The position numbers were made by a program, and so were the translations under genes. DNA of 53,716 nucleotides, counting the filler, from Porpidia crustulata (taxonomy: Eukaryota): assembly GCA_964255105.1 (NCBI GenBank). It is 4 parts of 4 records of this genome, joined end to end, with 100 filler letters (N's around TTAATTAATTAA, not from the genome) between each part and the next. Parts side by side here need not be neighbours in the genome. Positions count along the whole stretch, not along the records: positions 40,428 to 53,716 come from CAXUWE010000448.1; 3 more parts are not named here. One strand, written 5' to 3'. Of this stretch, positions 50,171 through 53,716 are shown piece after piece (the stretch's first letter is position 1; every line of letters begins with the position of its first letter). A model generated the notes under the pieces. That model saw nothing but the letters and a program-made list of their open reading frames with translations, was not told the DNA's origin and ran no database searches.

Positions 50171-53100
50171 ATGGTTGAAATAGCTGGGGTGGTAAGCGCT
50201 TATGACAACGTCAAATCTTGCATAATAATAGCAAAGGGTATCTATGATATCCTTAAGAAGGTCAAGGATGCTCCAGAAGAGCGACAGCAATATCTTGATG
50301 AAGTCATTGCTGTCATTCACTCATTGGAATTCATACCGCGTTTAGATGAGATACGGAACGGGAATTCCTGGTCTCATGGCCTCTTGGCTCTTGTGGAACC
50401 TGGCAAGCGCTTTGTTCCTGATAAAAATTCAAGTGAGGCTAGCGTACCAAAAGGTACATTGGAAGAATGGGGCTACACCATTGATGCCGGTTTGGCTAAG
50501 ATTGGCCTCGACCGCATTGTACCTGAAGCTAAGAAGCCGGAGCCAAAAGGGAGTTACTACTATGACACCGATTCCTATGTTGCCACTGGAATACTCAAAC
50601 GCTTGAAGGGACTCCTACAAGGCCTATCGGACATTATGAAGCCACAAAGGGACTGAAGGGAGGCGTTACTAAACTCTTATGGTACTGGACAGAACAGGGG
50701 GTCAAAGGGCAAATGGATGACATGGTAAGGTTAAGAAAACACATCGACACATTGCTGCCGCAGGACCAATATGACCTATCCGTGGCAACTCAAATGCTAG
50801 CCAAGAGCAATGATGAACGTATCAAAGATGTTCAGGAAACGTTGAAACACGAGGTGAGGGAAATGGAGAGGGAAATAATTATGGCATGGCTGTCGCCCAT
50901 TGAATCGTACAAGAGACAAGACGCAATTTGGAAGGATAATTTTCCTGCTGGTCAATGGCTTTTTGAATCTCCGGAATTCCGAGCGTGGACATTGGGCAGG
51001 CCGTGGACTTTGTGGTGCTACGGTGATCCTGGAGCAGGCAAAGTATGTCTCGCCTCCAAAGGATCGCGTAGCTCCGTATACTAAATAGTCTCAAGACAGT
51101 CCTTTGCTCAAACGTGGTAAGGTACCTCCAGCAAAACGAAACACAACGTAACGTGCTGGTCCTTTTCCTATATCTTGATTATAAGGAAAAGGAGAAACAG
51201 ACGCCTACCAACCTTGTGGGCAGCCTTGTCAAGCAGTTGATCCAACATCAAATGTTTCGATTCCGATCGAAAGAGCTCAAGGCAATGTATCGAGCATCAA
51301 AGGGTGAGGCCCAGCCAAACCAGAATGAGATGGTCCACGTCCTTCGAGAAGAATTCAAGTCGTATTCTAGGACTTATCTCATTGTTGATGGGTGGAACGA
51401 TGCCACAGATGAGGTGAGATTTACTCTGGAGTGTCTTTTCCAAATACTATACGGTGAGAACGTGAGTACAATGATCACGTCGGGATCTGCCGAATCCGTA
51501 TCTGCCACAAGTGATATTGGCTGCTCTGTTTGTCATGCTTCCAGACTGCGCATATATTACCACTGCAACGGTTGCGATCAATACGACCTTTGCCAAAGCT
51601 GCTTAGATAAAGATGAATCCTGTGGCAATATATCTCACGAGCTCGAAGAGCCCTACGACCAGGTTTGTGTGCTGGTCAAAGCAACCGATGACAAATTTCG
51701 GGAATACGTTAACTGGGGAATAGAGAAACAGACGAAACATGATGAGAGTAGACGCAGAGACAAGCGAGTTGGTGGCTTTTCGCTGAGTACTACACCGCTC
51801 GCCAGGAGAATCGAGCAAAAGCCGTCGTTGAAGCAGAATATTTCGAATGAGATCATGCGCAAAGCTAGGGGCATGTACCTTTTAGCAAGGCTTTATATCG
51901 ATTCCCTGAAGACCATGTTGAATGTAAACGAGATAGAGAATGCATTGCTCAACTTACCTGAAAATTTACATATGGTATATGCTGAGAAGATGGAAAGGAT
52001 CGTCAACCAAAGACAAAGAAGAAATGCTGACTGGGCTAGGGAGGTACTGTACTGGATTGTCTGCACTCAAAGACCCTTGAGCTTCATGGAGCTTCAGCAT
52101 GCCTTGGGAGTCAAGGCAAGAGACACAGCTTACGATCCATATCAAGAGATCACTGAAGCGGATGTTATCTCCACTACAGCTGGCTTAGTCACTGTTGACT
52201 TTGATCGGCGGGCTGTGAGAATCCACATCACATTTCATGACTATCTTCAGGAAAGTCGCGAACGATGGTTTCCTGGTGCAGACTTTGATATCGCCCAGAC
52301 GATATTGACGTATCTGAGTTTCGAAGGGTTGAATTTGCCCTGCAAACCAGACCAGATTAAGCGAGGTTGGACCAGCTGCCGCTACTATCTTACGGATCTC
52401 AGTATTGGGGTGAACACGCAGCTCGAGTATGCTCGGAGCCAGATATTTAAATCCCACTGCTTCAATTCGTGAGCAATCCTGCCAAGCTGGAGTCCTCCAT
52501 ACAAACTGCATTTTAACTGGACTCAAAAAATTACTCTGACATAGATGTGCGAAAGGGGGTGAATGGCCTTCACATGGCGGCCTTGCATGGTCTCGAGCCG
52601 ATCATTTCCGATCTGGTGATCAACAAAGGCATCCCGATCGATTCGGTTGATCCAACGTACGAGCAAACCGCCCTGATGTATGCCTGTAGAAGAGGACACT
52701 TGAGTATTGTGGTGAGGCTCCTCGATCTCGGCGCTTCCGTCAACATTCGCAGCGCTAGAGAGACTACTGCGTTCCTTGAGGCGTATCTTCAGGATAACGA
52801 TGATCGTGGTGAGATTGTCAGAATACTTCTCGAGAGGGAGGATTTCGATGTCAACACACCCTACATCAACGAGCTGAACCGAACAGCTCTGATGATTGCC
52901 GCAAGGTCTGGAGATGACGTAATCGTGGAACTGCTGCTCCGAAGGCCTGATATTGAGACCGACGGCCAAGACCAAGAAGGTTGCACAGCGCTGGCGCTTG
53001 CGGTTATGGACCGGCAAATTAACGTTGTGGAGCTCCTGCTCAACCATCCAATGGTTGATATTAACCTACCTAATAAAGTTGGCAGCTCTCCTCTGATCAT

Positions 53101-53716
53101 TGCAGCACGAAATGGTGATGCGGACAGTGTTGATCAGCTGTTGAGGAACGGTGCTGATGTCTCGATTCGAGACCACGAGGGAGGCGGAACTGCACTTCTC
53201 AGAGCAGTAGACGAGGGGTATATAGAGGTGATCCAGATCTTTCATGACCACAAAGTCGACTTCCAGTCTGTCGATGAAGATGGGCGCAGCCTGCTTCATG
53301 GTGCCAGTGTCAACGGACATGAGGAAGTTGTCGATCTATTTCTCCAAGCCGGCTTAAACAAAAATGCTCGAGGGAATCGTGGCGAAACACCACTACACGA
53401 TGCCTGCCGAGAAGGCTACTACGACGTAGTGAAGGTTTTAATAGACGCCGGAGCTGACCGAACGATCAAAGACAATCATGAAAGGTCGCCTGCCGATACT
53501 GCATGGCAGAATGGCCATATCAGGATCTGGCGATTACTTCAAGGCGCGGATAATGACAACGCCGGCTCAGATGAAGTTGAATTTCCACGCCCAGAAATGT
53601 TGCCAACATGGTCTCTCGCAAAGCTTGCCCTCACCGATCTCATCCGCCAGCGGATCATACAAACAGACCCCAACCTCTCCGACAGCGACCCCGACAGCGG
53701 AAATACCGCACTCCAC
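50171..53716 (+). pseudogene. NLR-like NACHT-ankyrin protein with an inserted ZZ-type zinc finger; disrupted and running off the right edge
   Basis: N-terminal helical domain; Walker A CYGDPGAGK|T (intron 51043-51095); degenerate Walker B YLIVDGWND; GMYLLARL; ankyrins (GLHMAA, TALMYAC, SPLIIAA, TPLHDAC). Frameshifts near 50650 and 52362; in-frame TAA at 52448 and 52514. Confidence 0.85.

Noticed and set aside
15060..52516. A-to-I editing or readthrough rescuing the premature stops
   Set aside because: The same genes also carry frameshifts or splice loss that editing cannot fix. Only the TGA at 37444-37442 could plausibly be Trp.
958..53320. Numerous antisense and alternate-frame ORFs in the six-frame track
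   Set aside because: They overlap well-supported genes and are explained as shadow ORFs.

Overview
Eukaryotic DNA from a filamentous ascomycete (Pezizomycotina). Evidence: short GT-AG introns with CTRAY branch sites and typical fungal genes; a lichen-forming fungus is plausible but cannot be shown from this window. It is a draft scaffold with three ~100-nt N/TTAATTAATTAA/N spacer gaps. Intact conserved genes: cysteine synthase, condensin Ycg1/CAP-G, an RmlD/MAT2B-like reductase, an RA-PH protein (cut by a gap), a glycosyltransferase-like protein, cis-prenyltransferase, an ING-PHD protein, ribosomal protein eL8, a QDE-2-like Argonaute, SUMO E1 subunit Aos1 and a conserved hypothetical protein. 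Nearly every accessory-type gene is broken by frameshifts, stops or a splice mutation: a Cys-rich secreted protein, a dynamin-like GTPase, a SET protein, an S41 peptidase, a NACHT-ZZ-ankyrin NLR and several hypotheticals. The most unusual signal is a small hairpin element family carrying telomere-like TTAGGG. One copy (37815-37906) sits between TA dinucleotides inside a coding sequence and is also a frame-restoring GT-AG intron, making it an introner-like candidate. A related copy lies just upstream of ycg1. All calls come from reading the sequence by eye; no database searches were run.
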